A DNA stretch of 64,000 nt. It comes from Selaginella moellendorffii. Taxonomy: Eukaryota; Plantae; Lycopodiophyta. Position 1 is the first letter of the stretch. Every line of letters starts with the position of its first letter. Below the pieces are notes generated by a model. That model was not told where the DNA came from. It ran no database searches and saw only the letters and a list, made by a program, of their open reading frames with translations. The stretch is taken from assembly GCF_000143415.4 (NCBI RefSeq), contig NW_003314302.1, positions 146,151-210,150 of the forward strand. Direction: 5' to 3'. Shown piece after piece: positions 50,113 through 62,909 of the stretch. Made by a program: the position numbers and the translations under genes.

Positions 50113-50430
50113 AAAGATGGACGAGGCGATGACCTGCTGGAGACGATGGCCGAGACTGGAAGCTGTAGATGAGCCGGCTGTGCTGCGCGTGGATGACTTT
50201 GCCGACGATCTCGGCGTGGGATTCCCGCTCCACTCGTCCAGAGCTTCGGCCTTGGAGGCACTGGGAGCCGAGGAGCGGGAGGCTCTCAACTTGGAGCAAG
50301 AGATCGTCATTCGCGAGACTCGATTTGGAGGCCTTAGCTGGTGGCTGCCCGAGTCGGGAGGAGGAACTGGAGATGAAGAGTGAGGTGGACACTCTCCGTG
50401 AGACGGCGGCGATGCCGAGGCGAGAAGAAC
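50113..50430. pseudogene. Scrambled fragments of the neighbouring PPR gene
   Basis: 50113-50164 matches 52795-52845 (+); 50170-50345 is an inverted copy of its N-terminus (SKAEALD.WSG..EIVGKVI). Confidence 0.85.
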
Positions 50431-50639
50431 TGCAGTGGAAGGAGAAGGGCAATGGCAATAACAGGGATGCGAAGATAGGAGGAGGCAGCCATGGAAGCAG
50501 AGGCAAGATGGTTTCGCACGCTAAAAGAACTGACTAGGACCATACTACCGACACACTCCTGCCTGGTTCTCTGTAACTTGATCCTCTTAAGTTGAAAGCA
50601 CCAAGAAGCGTATGACAATCTTCGTCAGGCCTACCTGAG

Positions 50640-50905
50640 AAAAGCCAGGAGCTTGGATCTGTCCAAGGGCAACAAGTTTGGTGGACATGTTCTTGAAATG
50701 CAGCAGCATAGTCAATGCTCGTCGAGTCTACGACAAAGTCCCTGCCGTGAATGTTCCCGAGTTCACTGCATTGGATCGATCCTTGGCGCTCTTGAGAATG
50801 GCACTGTGGCCAGGAACCGGGCCAAATCTTTTTGTCCAAACGCGAATGCCAATGGCTTTTAATGTAGCTCCAGCCATGGCCAAATCGAGCTGGGCGAGGA
50901 TGAAC
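50640..50905 (+). pseudogene. PLS-type PPR fragments
   Basis: VDMFLKCSSIVNARRVYDK; SHGQIELGE (E-domain-like). Confidence 0.55.
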
Positions 50906-50993
50906 TCGATGAGCTTGACGAATTGTCGTTAAAAGTCAACGTAAGGCCAACGGTCGATGTTATTATTTTTAAGAGATATTAGTCAATCTGTAA

Positions 50994-51067
50994 GGCCTAT
51001 TAGCTCAGCTGGTCAGAGCGTGGTGCTAATAACGCCAAGGTCGCAGGTTCGAGACCTGCATGGGCCA
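50994..51067 (+). tRNA. tRNA-Ile(AAT)
   Basis: Canonical 74-nt plant cloverleaf GGCCTATTAGCTCAGCTGGTCAGAGCGTGGTGCTAATAACGCCAAGGTCGCAGGTTCGAGACCTGCATGGGCCA, followed by TTTT. Confidence 0.97.
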
Positions 51068-51156
51068 AATATTTTGGAATGCTTAGGGCTTGGACAATGT
51101 AGCTCCAGCCATGGCGGGCAGACATAGGTAACCTGTTCTCCACTCATTCTAGTTCC

Positions 51157-53592
51157 ATGGCTGCTATCACTGCCCTCCTCCATCCATCTTTATCTTCGCG
51201 TCCTCGTCTCGTCTCGTCTTATCGCCATCGCCCTCCTCGAGCAAGAACATTCCATTCTTCCACTGCAGTTCTTGTCGCCTCCTCGGCATCACCATCGCCA
51301 TCATCGCACGAAGAGTTTTCATGTCAATCTCCATCGCCCGACTCGAGCAAGCACAAGCTCAGGCCTCCAAATCGACTCTCGCGAATGGCCGGCGGGGACG
51401 AGTTCCCCGACCACTTGCTCCAAGTAGAGAGCCTCCTCCACATCCTCCGCTCCACGGCTCCCAATCCCTCCAAGGCCGAAGCTCTAGACGCGTGGAGCGG
51501 GGATCTCACACCGGAGATCGTCGGCAAAGTCATCCAGGCTCTCAAGTTCGTCGACGATGCCGTGTTCTTCTTCACGTACGCGCAGCATAGGCCCGGCTAC
51601 CGCCACTCCATCTACACCTACAACTGCTTCCTGCGTGTTCTCCTCCGGGCTTGCCTCTACGATCGCGCCCGAGAGCTCCTGTCCGAGATGGTCGACTCCT
51701 GGCAGCTCCCAAACGCGTCAACTTTCGCGGTCATCTTGCACGGCTTTGGCGACGTCGCGATGGCCTGCGAGGTGCTCGTCGATCTCAAGAGCAAAGGTGT
51801 GGCTCCCAACACCGCGGAGTGCAATGCCAAGATCACCGCTCTCTGCAAGGAGGCCCGCTTCGACGATGCCAAGCTGCTGTTCCGGAAGATGGTAGAGATG
51901 GCTGCCGAGGACGTGACGAGCTACTATCTCCTTGTTCGTCCGCTTTGCAAGGCCAAGATGATCGAGGACGCCGAGGTGCTTGTCACCGAGTCGAGGAAGA
52001 AGTTCCGGGAACTCCCGCTCCACAATCTGGTGGTGTCCTCGTACTGCAAAGGGAAGAAGCTGGATGCTGCCGTGGCCGTGTACGAGAAGATGGTGGCGAC
52101 GAACTCTTGCTCGGCGGATTTCGTCACCTACACCAGCCTGATCCAGGGACTCTGCAAGGTGAAGCGGCTGGAGCAGGCCTTGATCTTCCTGGGGAAAATG
52201 GTCTCCAAAGGCTTCCACCCGGACGTTTACACCTACACTGCCGTCATCCACGCCCTGTGCGTCGAGAACCGGCTCCACGAAGCTCGAAAGTTTCTGGAAG
52301 AGATGGCCAACCGGAACCTCACTCCAAACGTTGTCACGTACACGGTTCTCATCGACGGGCTCTGCAAAGGTGGCCGGGTCGACGAGGCTGTGGCGCTGCT
52401 GTCCAAGATGCGGAAGAAGTGCGTCCCCACGGCTGTGACTTACAACAGCCTGATAAGCGGTCTCTGCAAGGCCGAGCGGGCGAGCGAGGCCTACGACCTC
52501 CTGGAGGAGATGGTGTACAGCGGCTGCATCCCGGATATCTTCACGTATACCACGCTCATCACCGGCTTCTGCAAGTCAAAGAAGTCGGATGATGCTCTCC
52601 GAGTATTCGAGCAGCTGGTTGCCAGAGGCTTCCGTCCCGACGTTGTCACGTACTCGTGCTTGATCGATGGACTTTGTAAGGAAGGCCGGCTCAAGGAGGC
52701 GATCGATCTCTTCGGCCGGATGATCAAGAGCGGCAGCTGTATGCCGAACACGGTGACTTACAACTCCCTCATCAGCGGCTTCTGTCGGATGGGAAAGATG
52801 GACGAGGCGATGAACCTGCTGGAGAGGATGGCCGAGACTGGAAGCTCTCCGGACGTGGTGACTTACACCACTCTCATGAACGGCTTCTGCAAGCTGGCGA
52901 GGCTAGACGATGCGTACGATCTTCTCAACCAGATGACCCGCAAGGGGCTCACCCCGGACGTGGTGACTTTCACGAGCTTGATGGACGGGCTCTGTCGAGA
53001 GAACCGGCTGAGTGACGCTGTGCATATCCTCGGTGAAATGAGGAGGAAGAGCTGCTCACCCACAGTCTATACGTATAACACCATCCTCGATGGCTACTGC
53101 AGAGCAAACCAGTTGGAGGAGGCCCGGAAGTTCATGCTGGAGGAGATGGACTGTCCTCCCAACGTTGTCTCGTTCAATATCATGATCCGGGGACTGTGTA
53201 AAGTTAACCGGTCCAGCGAAGCCATGGAGCTCGTCGAAGAAGCCCGAAGAAGACGTTGTAACCCGGACGTGGTGATGTATACCACTGTTATCGATGGCCT
53301 TTGCAGAGAGAAGAAAGTCGACGAGGCTTGTCGAGTGTATAGAAAGATGCTGGAGGAGCCCGGGTGCTTGCCAAACTCTATAACGTATTCCACATTGGTT
53401 ACTGGCCTTTGCAATGCTGGTATGCTTGATCGAGCTCGCGGGTATATAGAGAAGGGCTGTGTTCCAAACATCGGGACTTATAACCTTCTCATTGATGCGT
53501 TTCGTAAGGCCAATCGCGATGAGGACGCTCGCGAGCTCCTAGATGATATGGTCCAGAGAGGCTTCGGTGTTGTCCAAAGCCACCAACGCTGA
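51157..53592 (+). CDS. P-class pentatricopeptide repeat protein, 811 aa, Ser/Arg/Pro-rich organellar transit peptide
   Basis: Intronless ORF with many 35-aa PDVVTY..LI.GLCK repeats. Confidence 0.97.
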   Translation: MAAITALLHPSLSSRPRLVSSYRHRPPRARTFHSSTAVLVASSASPSPSSHEEFSCQSPSPDSSKHKLRPPNRLSRMAGGDEFPDHLLQVESLLHILRSTAPNPSKAEALDAWSGDLTPEIVGKVIQALKFVDDAVFFFTYAQHRPGYRHSIYTYNCFLRVLLRACLYDRARELLSEMVDSWQLPNASTFAVILHGFGDVAMACEVLVDLKSKGVAPNTAECNAKITALCKEARFDDAKLLFRKMVEMAAEDVTSYYLLVRPLCKAKMIEDAEVLVTESRKKFRELPLHNLVVSSYCKGKKLDAAVAVYEKMVATNSCSADFVTYTSLIQGLCKVKRLEQALIFLGKMVSKGFHPDVYTYTAVIHALCVENRLHEARKFLEEMANRNLTPNVVTYTVLIDGLCKGGRVDEAVALLSKMRKKCVPTAVTYNSLISGLCKAERASEAYDLLEEMVYSGCIPDIFTYTTLITGFCKSKKSDDALRVFEQLVARGFRPDVVTYSCLIDGLCKEGRLKEAIDLFGRMIKSGSCMPNTVTYNSLISGFCRMGKMDEAMNLLERMAETGSSPDVVTYTTLMNGFCKLARLDDAYDLLNQMTRKGLTPDVVTFTSLMDGLCRENRLSDAVHILGEMRRKSCSPTVYTYNTILDGYCRANQLEEARKFMLEEMDCPPNVVSFNIMIRGLCKVNRSSEAMELVEEARRRRCNPDVVMYTTVIDGLCREKKVDEACRVYRKMLEEPGCLPNSITYSTLVTGLCNAGMLDRARGYIEKGCVPNIGTYNLLIDAFRKANRDEDARELLDDMVQRGFGVVQSHQR

Positions 53593-53595
53593 AAG

Positions 53596-55195
53596 TTATG
53601 CTTCCGGTTTCATGTCTCGGAGCCTTGTCCATGCCTCCTCGAAGTCTTCTGGAGGAGGACATGTGAAGTGAACGTACTTTTCTGTGGCAGGGTGCTCGAA
53701 CCTGAAAACGTTTATTAGCTCACGCAAATTTCTTATACGAAACCTCACCCGAGGCTATAGGCATGCAGACAAGGGCGACGAATGTCCGATGTGAACTCGT
53801 GAATCTTCTTTCGGCTGTTCGTTTTAGTCGCGCTTAGAGCGGAAAATAGATTCGAATTCGCTTTTCCCACTGTTCCTCCATAAACATCATCCCCAAGCAG
53901 CGGGAAACCCATGTAACGTGCATGAACTCTTATCTGGAAGGTTCAGTTTAGTATCAGAGCTCCTGAAATTAAAGAATACGAACTTGATGAGTTCTCCCTG
54001 TCTCCAGCTTCCACTGAACAAGAGCCACACCACCATTTGCGAGAACGTCTAGAACCTTGTACCTGAAATGATAATGAAATGGTGATACAAAAGAAACTCG
54101 TTGCGACATACCTGCTTGCAGCAAAACGCGCATTTCTGGCGGATGGAACAGTATCTGACGTCGTCATGCGTTTCCTATCTCGCGGATCACGAAGGATTTC
54201 AGCCTCAATGCGGCCGCTCGTCGTTGAAGGTGTACCACACGTAAGACTCAGATAGGTTCTTCGGACTTTCCGAGATTTAAATTGCTCGCTCAAACTCAGC
54301 TGGGACTGTTCATCCTGAAAATAACAATAACAAGGCATACTCAGCACCTGGTAACACAAGACGTGTCTTACCTTACTTTTGCAACGACGATGAGTCCACT
54401 GGTACCTTTGTCCAGTCTATGCACAATCCCAGGCCTTATCACCGGTCTCGGACCCCGAAATCTTGAAGGAGTCTCGCCTCTAACTTTGTGTACCTCGACT
54501 TCATCTTTCTCATAGTCTTGGTCTCCATTTTCACTCAGCTCCTCTCCTTCATCGTCATCGGATTCCTCGTCCATCATTACTGGAAGAGAAACCTCGACAG
54601 CAGGAAGGCCGCAGTGATGGAGGATAGCATTCACCAAAGTCCCACCGTAATGTCCTGGAGCCGGATGCACAACCTGTGAAAACTTGTATTTAGCCAGGTC
54701 CAAAGCGAAAGTCTCTCGACTACATACCATATCGGCAGCCTTGTTGACAACAATCACATGATCATCTTCATGAACAATGTCTAGCTGAATTTTCTCAGGA
54801 GTAGCTTCCAAAGGAGCAGCACCGCAGAGAGTACAGACAACTTCGTCACCACCAATGACAGGAAACGAAGGCTGCCAGAAATCCAAAGCTTAGCTAAAAA
54901 ACATGAAAGTGAAGTGCAAATGAGCTAGAAGAAAGCCTCGTACCTTGGTGATGGTTTTCCCATTGACAAGAGCAAGCCCCTTGCGAATGCTGTCTTGGAC
55001 GCGAGCTCGACTGGTATGAGGGAGCTGACCCGAAAGCCACACGTCGATTCTAGTGCTCACGGTCTCCTCCGGGATAGTGCCATGGTACTCGCCCAATGCG
55101 TGAGTTCCCCTGGCCAGAACTCTCGCTGGAACCGACGAAGAATTCCAGCCTCTACCACTGCGCCAAAGCGCTAGCTGTGGACGCGCCACTAGCAT
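53596..55195 (-). CDS. RluA/RluD-family RNA pseudouridine synthase with S4 domain (organellar), ~7 exons
   Basis: RIDVWLS..SRARVQDSIR, IVHEDDHVIVVNKAADMV/VHPAPGH..GTLVNA, RPGIVHRLDKGTSG, LETGRTHQ/IRVH, CLHAYSLG/FEHP; stop TAA 53596-53598. Confidence 0.93.
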
Positions 55196-55219
55196 TCTTT
55201 CTATCTATCCGGCCACCAG

Positions 55220-56380
55220 AACCCTAAATCCCAACATCTCGCCCAGGAGATCCCATCGTGTCGTGTGCCACACCTGCATTAGCTGCCTGTCCTCGAGATG
55301 GAGCAAAATATTCGCTCGTGCTCTCGCGTCCTTCTTCTCAAACTCCAGGCGATCTTCCTTCCTCGCGAATTCTCCTCCGATCCGCTCACCACGCCCCACT
55401 GATAGTGTAGCACCAGCAAGTTGCATCCGAACATTCGAACGCAACCGGATTCGAACGGGTATCGAACGTTTAATACCCGTTTAGCTTTTTTTCGAACGGG
55501 TATAATGGTTTTCAGTTTTTTTCGACCCCTGATTTTACGGGTTTTTCCGAACCCTGATTTTACATGAACCCTAATCCTAAGTAAAAGAAAGCATATTCTT
55601 TAGGGTTTTTAAAAATATTCTTGGTGTTTAAACGCCGTTTTAAACACCGTATTATACACGCGTTTTAAACGGCGTTTTTTATTAATCGTACCCGTTCGAA
55701 TGCAAGTATGCCAGCAACATTTGCATCCTCATCTTCCACACGTGGAATCTGGTGCCGCCGAATCGCTCCACCAAGAACATCGACCCTTGTTCGTCCCTCA
55801 TCGGGAGAAATCTTTCCTCCCTGTACGAGCTCTCATCTCTGTGCGGGATTTCTCGCGGAAATGCGGCCTCGGGAGCTTCGATCCGGGAGGATTTCGAGTT
55901 GTCAGATAAACAAGAGCCCTAAAACCAGACTAAAATTTTTCTTCTCTTTGTTTGTTCTATGTTCATGCTCATGTTTGTTTTTTAGGATGAGTTCTCCTCG
56001 CTTCCACTGGTCATTCCAGAAGACAATTCTCGGATTGGTAAGAACTTTTCGTGTTCTTCTTAGAAAACCTTCTTTGTTTCAAGAGCGAGCTGCTCGATCA
56101 CTGCTCCTGAGCGAGGATTGGAGATCGATGACATGAAATCGTGAGTCTCTTGCAATTCTCCATCGTGAATGCCACCCGAGCTCAATGGTTTTTCAGACGA
56201 AGGATTTGCAGGTGCCTTGAGACGAAAATTCTTTTATCATCTTTTCTCAGAAGCTGTGATTCTTGTCCAGGTGTTGTCGTGGATTTGTTCTCGAAAGCGG
56301 AAGTTTTGCCAGAGCTCCACACGTTCTTTATGAAAGCTATCTACAATCTCGTATCATGATCAACTTCCTGGAGAAAATGA
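55220..56380. pseudogene. Inverted, deleted copy of the Gag-like gene (-) and methyltransferase (+) from 1-1940
   Basis: EFEKKDARARANILLHLEDRQLMQVWHTT on minus; DEFSSLP, VVVDLFSKAEVLPELH, RIMINF on plus. Confidence 0.92.
55420..55710. mobile_element. hAT-like MITE (~290 bp)
   Basis: Absent from the paralog at 1681-1700; TIR GTTGCATCCGAAC / GTTCGAATGCAAG; duplicated target CCAGCAA(C) at 55413-55419 and 55711-55718. Confidence 0.8.
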
Positions 56381-56449
56381 CTTGCCTGTCTATACTTCCA
56401 GACAGACCAATCAATGCAGGCCATCTGGCAAGATTAAGATCCTGATCCT

Positions 56450-59400
56450 GAACAAGCTCATGAGCTCACTGCTTAGTTTGATCCACTGTATAGGTGGAAA
56501 TCTTACAAACTTGGAGAACTACTTCTCAGTTTGTAGGGTGCCACTATCAACCAACTCACACACATAGTGAAATTGGACTTAATGTGCTTTGAGCAAGCAT
56601 GGTGGATGGGGTTCTTGGACATGGCAATACTACTTCAGTTGTCACACCAAGAAGTAGTGGGGCCAGCTTGTGCACATCCCAGCTCAGCAAGTAACTCCCA
56701 AGCCTAGACCACATCCCTGCTACCTAAGTGCAATGTACTGCACTTTTGCACTAGAAAGTGCCACCACAAATTATCGCTTGGAGCCCCACGTGATGGCACC
56801 TCCTGAGAAGGAAAGGCAAATGCCAGAAGTCGAGTGATGGCCTTTGTTATTTGCAAAGCTAACATCTATGTAACATGTCAATAATGCATCACCCCCCGAA
56901 TAAACAATGCTACGGTCCATGGTGCCTTGGAGGTTTTTGATGATATGCTTGGTAGCTTGCCAATGTATATTGGTTGGCAATATATTGTACTAACTAAGGC
57001 AATAGTCACTAGGGCAAGTCATCAAGGCCAAATATATGAGGCAACTGATGAGATGCCAATAGGGAGTCCCAGTGAGTAGAGGCTCACCAGACTGCTCAAC
57101 TATGAGGTCGATAGCACCAACAACTATCGAGGTATTGATGGGGTGACAATCACGCATACCAAACCAATCTAGCAAGACTTTTACCTTACATCATTGGCTA
57201 AGCATGTAGCCACCAGACTTAAGATCATGTGTGACCTCAAAGCCAAGAAAGTAAGAGTCTTGGCCAAGGCCCTTCATCTGGAATTTCTGGCTAAGAACAG
57301 CTTTTAGAGCAGCAATCGCATTAGTGTCATCACCCTTGATGGGCAAATCATCAATGTAGAGGGCCAAAATAAACATGCTTTCAGCATGACCATTCACATA
57401 CACATTGTGATTAGTATGGTAGCAATGAAAGCCTTGAGTGCATAGGATGGCATCAAATTTTTGATACTAAACATGGGAGCTCTGTTTTAAGCCATACAAA
57501 GCTTTCTGCAGTTGCTGTATAGTGTCACTAGAGGCAACATCATCCTCAAAACCAGGAGGTATATACATATAGATGTCCTCTTGCAAATCCCCATTCAAGA
57601 ATGTTGTTTTGACATCTATATGGTGGACTTGCCATTTGCGAGTAGCCACAAGTGCAAAAAGGGTATGGAGGCTAGCCATTTTTGCAACTAGTGAGAATGT
57701 TTCATCATAGTCAAGGCCATAAGTTTGGCAAAATCTGTGAATAACAAACCATGCCTTATAATATACCATCTTTCCCATACTTTTTGGATCCAAAACACGT
57801 CATCTTGGTGGAGTTGAATCCACTGGAACATAAGTGCCATTAACCTGAATGGAAGCAACTTCTTCCTCAATGGCTTCCATCCAAGATGGAACTTTAGGTC
57901 TTGAGACAGCCTCATCATAGATCATGGGGATGCTAATATCAACAAGGCCATAAAAGTCATCAAGCTCTATAGCATCTACTTTAGCATTTTCCCAGACTTT
58001 CTTCAATGAAGGCTGATGTTTCTAGGGGTGATCAAGAACTAGCATTGGATCAAGTATGCCACAACATCGACAAGGTGGTGGAGGTGTCGGAGGCCTATCC
58101 TTGATTGGAGGAGAGAATCAATTGATTCAGGCATGTCTAAAAATGGAGGATTCCCCAGTGGAATCTCTAGTGGCAACTCATGAATAGGATCTAAAGATGG
58201 AGGCAAAAGGAGATCATCTCCTATAAGTGGGATCAAAGGAACAAATCAAGTCTTCGAAATGAAGAAGGATCTTGAAGAACCTTTGTATGCATGGGAAAGT
58301 CATCTTTGTTGAATATGACATCTGTGCTTACAAGGGCCTTGTGAGATGCAAGATCCCACAACTTGTAAGCTTTTTTCCTGATGGTGTCATCCTGTGTATA
58401 TCCTATGAAGATGAATTTTGTACTTTTGGGATCTAACTTTTTCTGAATTTGATCAGAGGTATGCACGTATGCTGCACAACTAAAGACTTGAAAGTGGGAC
58501 AGATCAAGTATCCAAAATGCCTCAAGGGTTTTTCCATCCAAAGCAATTGTGCAAGGCAATTTTGGACATGCATTACTGTGGCTATAACCTCTTGCCAAAA
58601 TGTTTTATCAAGATGTGCATCAACTAACAAAGCACAAGTAACATTGACAATAATGCAATTCTTCCTTTCCGGAACATCATTTTGTTAGGGGGTGTAGTGG
58701 GCTATGGCTTGTGATCATATGCCTACATCATGACAGATGCCCTAAAGCTCATTGGTAAGGTATTCACCACTACCATCAACTCCAAAAACTTTTATCTTTT
58801 AGCCAAAAAGATTTTCAACATAGGCTTTATATGTTTGAATTGCAACAACTGCATCACTCTTGTGCATCAAGAAGTGGATGCATATCCAATGGCTATAATC
58901 ATCAATGAATGTGATGAAATACCTTACACCATTGTGGTTTGGCATGTTTACGGGGCCACAAAGATCAGAATGGACTAAGTCCAAAAGTCCAATTGCTTGA
59001 TGCTTGCTTAGTGAGAAATTTTTGGCAGTGATGTTTGCCTAGAATATAAGCTTCATTAAATATAAATGGAATATGTCAAAAATCCAATTGAGTAATAATA
59101 TCTTGGAATTTCATCCACTGAAGAGATTGGTAATGCACATGACTAAATCTCTTGTGCTAGAGCTCCACACTAGAATCTACCTCAATGGTTTGAAAGGCTT
59201 TAACTTGGTTGGCAGTAATGGTCTCGTACAAGTCTCCAATGCATGGCTCACGAAGCAACTATGTACCAAACATGTGAAAGTCGCTAAAATCAACCAAAGA
59301 GACTCCCTTTGCATTAAAGACTACCACTGCATCTTGATCACATATTTTAGTGACAAACATTAAGTTTTGTTGCAAGATAAAGATATGCATAGCACCATCA

Positions 59401-60070
59401 AACGTCATGGTCCTCCCATGATCAAGTGAGAGCTAAAATTGCCCAATGCTTTCTATGGGGATAGTGATATTGTCACATAAATGAACACCACATTTTCCAA
59501 CGCTCAGTTGGTAACACTAAAAAAGATTTTTCTTATTGCCTATAAGACTAGTATAACCAAAGTTTAGAAGCCACCTACTTGGTGTTCCAACTACCTCTAC
59601 ATTGTAGAGCTCTTTCTTAGCCTTATTTATTATAGCAATTCCATCACTCTTGAGTAGTTTGGCTTTTGCTGTTGTAGCTAGCTAGCTTTGAAGCTAACAG
59701 GCTTCAAAATAGTGCAATCTTGAGCCCAATAGCCCATCTCCAAGCAGTAGCACATTGATTCTTGGCAAGTCTAGGCTGGGTATGCCCAAATGCCATAGAA
59801 TTTTGCCCTTTTTAGGCATTAACAACGGCATGCAATTTTGCCACCTTGGCATCACCAAGAGCCTATAAAGCATATATAGCTTATGGCATTTCCACTCTCT
59901 CACTTTGCATGACCACAACATTACAAAGACTCCTCATGGTATCTGCCTAAGTCATCCTGGTTGGAGAAGCAAGCTCTAAACTACATTCTTCTAGTTAGTT
60001 GGTAGGGACTTGTAAAGATGTAACCTCTACTGCTCATTTGTGAGAGCATGGACCATTCTCGAGCTTATGA
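56450..60070 (-). mobile_element. Degenerate Ty1/copia gag-pol
   Basis: LVHSDLCGP..YFITFIDDYS, KKLDPKS.K.IFIGY, LDYDETFS.VAK, DVKTTFLNGDL.EDIYM, KALYGLKQS, LYIDD, STSG..AITWGSKR; many stops. Confidence 0.95.
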
Positions 60071-61455
60071 GTTGAAGAGTTGAGTTCATGAGTTAAGTTC
60101 AATTTTCAATTATAATTTAATATAAAAATTATAAACTTTAAAATATTAAGGTTATGGCAAACTTAATAATTTCATAACTCTCTACATATTGTATAGATAA
60201 ATTTTTTCTAAAAGACACTTCTAATTTTAATAATTTAAATATTAATTATATGTCATAATAGGGATGTTTATTAGAATATAAAATAAGATGTTTTCAGAAA
60301 AAGTATTATTGTCACTTCCTTAAATATATACTCTATACTTTCTGGCTAGTAAATGTCAAGTTTGTCAAAATTTAAAAAATTATTAAATTTTAAATAGATT
60401 TTATATAAGACCATATAACCATTTGAAAGGAAAAAAAAACTATTGATGTAAACTTGTTGCATATAAAAGTGAGACTTGATTCCTCTCTAGAATATATTCT
60501 TGAGGGATTTGTCATAGTATAGTGTCTAGAATTTATATATCTTCACTTACACTCTTATTTGAAGAAAAAGAATCACATATAAACATTTGTGGGTTCTAAT
60601 GTTCGTAATTTTAACTTTTACAATCTTTCTTCTTAGAGTAGTAATTCAAGGGCTAGAAGCTATAATAGTCATCCCATTGAAAATTACAATTCTGTGACTT
60701 TCATGTAATGCCTTATATATTTTCTAGCTTTTGATGAAAACAATGGTGATGATTATTATGATGGTATATATGCTCTTGTGATGTACTGCAATATCACGCA
60801 CTCGAAAGACTACTATAAAATGTTTTTTGAGATGGTAAAGACAAAAATAAAGACATATAAGTACTATGGGCAGTATTATGAAAAGAACACTCTTAAGTAT
60901 ATAAATGAAAAGTGAAATTAAAAAATGTTTTTTATTAGTTAAATAAAGTATAATAAGTTTATATTATTAATAGAGAATAAATATTGATGTCTTAGCAAAT
61001 ATAATTAACTTTGAAAGTCTTCTATAATTTAGCAATAGTAAGTCTTGTCTGGTGTGTATGAATATCCACTTTAGAATCTTGGTATAAGATGTTGATGAAG
61101 ATGTAATATATACGTTTGCAAGAAGTATATACTTTCCCATATTCCTTGTGCTTCATAAAGTTTGATTGTGTCTTGAATGATGATTGTATACTCTCCACTT
61201 TCTATTTTGACTATATACTCCTTTATAAGCACAGTGATATACTTCATGGAGAGAATTTCACACTCAAGCATTTAAGTTAAGTTTATTTTACCTTGCTTTT
61301 ACTTAAATACAGTACTAATAAATTTAACTGCCTTACCTTTTCTACTTGGCCTTCTATACATCTCTGTAGGAATAATTCTAGTTCAACTCTCCTCTCAAGA
61401 TTGAAACTAGATTTCTCAAGGTTTGCAATCTCATCTTAGATAAGCAGGCCCTATT

Positions 61456-62900
61456 ATTTGGCTACCTTACCGCTCCCCCCTTTGGAGCATCCACTTTCGC
61501 CAAATTGGAGTGGTTGGGAATCCATCCTTGGGGAAACATTGCCTTTCCCACAATCCATTAGCACCCAACACATTAGTGTTCTTGGCCTAACTTTGCCATT
61601 TGGACTCTTTCCCATGATTCCCATGGCTCTTTTCTTAGCCACTAGTATTTTGCTCCTATCCTTGATTGGTGCACCCAGCAACATAGGATTGCTACCTCCA
61701 TTTTTGAGGTTTCCTTTTGGTTCCATAGCAAACACCTTGCTTTGCTAACTCCAGAGGGTGTTCACCCCTAGTACGTCTCTTTAACATTTTCTGTCATGGG
61801 CTCTATCACAGCTCAACCTTTTGAAACCCTCCCTTGGATCTCTTATAGAGACTACTTTCCTTGGACTTACTATGCCATAGCATTGACATAGCTCATTTCC
61901 CTTAGGTGTTCTTCCCACTTGGTCACCTTGACCAAGCCACACTTTTATCAATAGTTCAAATCAACACTTTGAACTAGGAATCATATTCCTTAACCCAAAC
62001 AAAGACTTTGTCCTTGTTTAGCCACAAGATCACTTAGTGATCTCATCTTGACCCCTTAATAGGTCTACCAATAGAAACTAGGTGTTCCAGACCTTTCTAA
62101 GTTGTTGACTATGACCCCGGGAGCATCCCCCACACTTGGCGGTGCGCCCAAGCCAGCCCTTCCAGCCAAGGATCCATAGCAACTAAGACTTGGGTGTCCC
62201 CATCTCATTCACCACGTCCTTGGTGCCCTTTGCACCAAAGTGTTCAAGTTAAATATGCCGAGCTTTCACTCTAAGCAATCTAACCCTGCATCATGACTCC
62301 GGGGCATCCCCCGTTTGGCGGTGTGTCCAAGCCAATCTCCTCATTGAGAGTCCATGACCACCGAAATATGAGTTTCCTCATATTCCAAACCATCACCACG
62401 CCCTAGTGATTTGGGACTCGAACCCAAGCACTAGAGGGTTGGGACTCGAACCCAACCTCCGTATATGCATCTACGGATGGCATTACACCGGATGCCTGGT
62501 GTGACTCCCCACACTGGTGCACCAACATGTACTTAAAGTGTGCTACAGATCATAGCTTAGGAACCTAGTTCCTCCGCACTACCAAGTCCTTTCACTTGGC
62601 ATGTTGTGATCCTGCATAGACTCCTCCATGCTCAGCCCCATGGGCCACCCTTTTGAAGTTGGCTCCTTCAACTAGGGTATTCGTTCCCCTGACTTGCCAA
62701 TCTCGCTTGGCAAGTCCTCCAACCATTGTAACATGGTTCCTGCACAAGCGTGAAAGTCCTTGACCATCAACTTTCGTTCAAAGCCCTCTCTTTGAACACT
62801 CGGGAATTACTTCCCTAACCTTGATAGCCTTGCCTCATGGCAAGCTTCAAGACCACACTTCTGCTGCGCCACTCTGATTTCGCGCGTTACATGAACCAAC
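61456..62900 (-). mobile_element. Fragment of a second member of the 27898-35820 LTR family (internal region)
   Basis: Colinear with ~30355-31795. Confidence 0.92.
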
Positions 62901-62909
62901 CACTTACAT

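Noticed and set aside
57040-57060. Hammerhead core CTGATGAG
   Set aside because: Lies within copia RT sequence with no matching stems or GAAA
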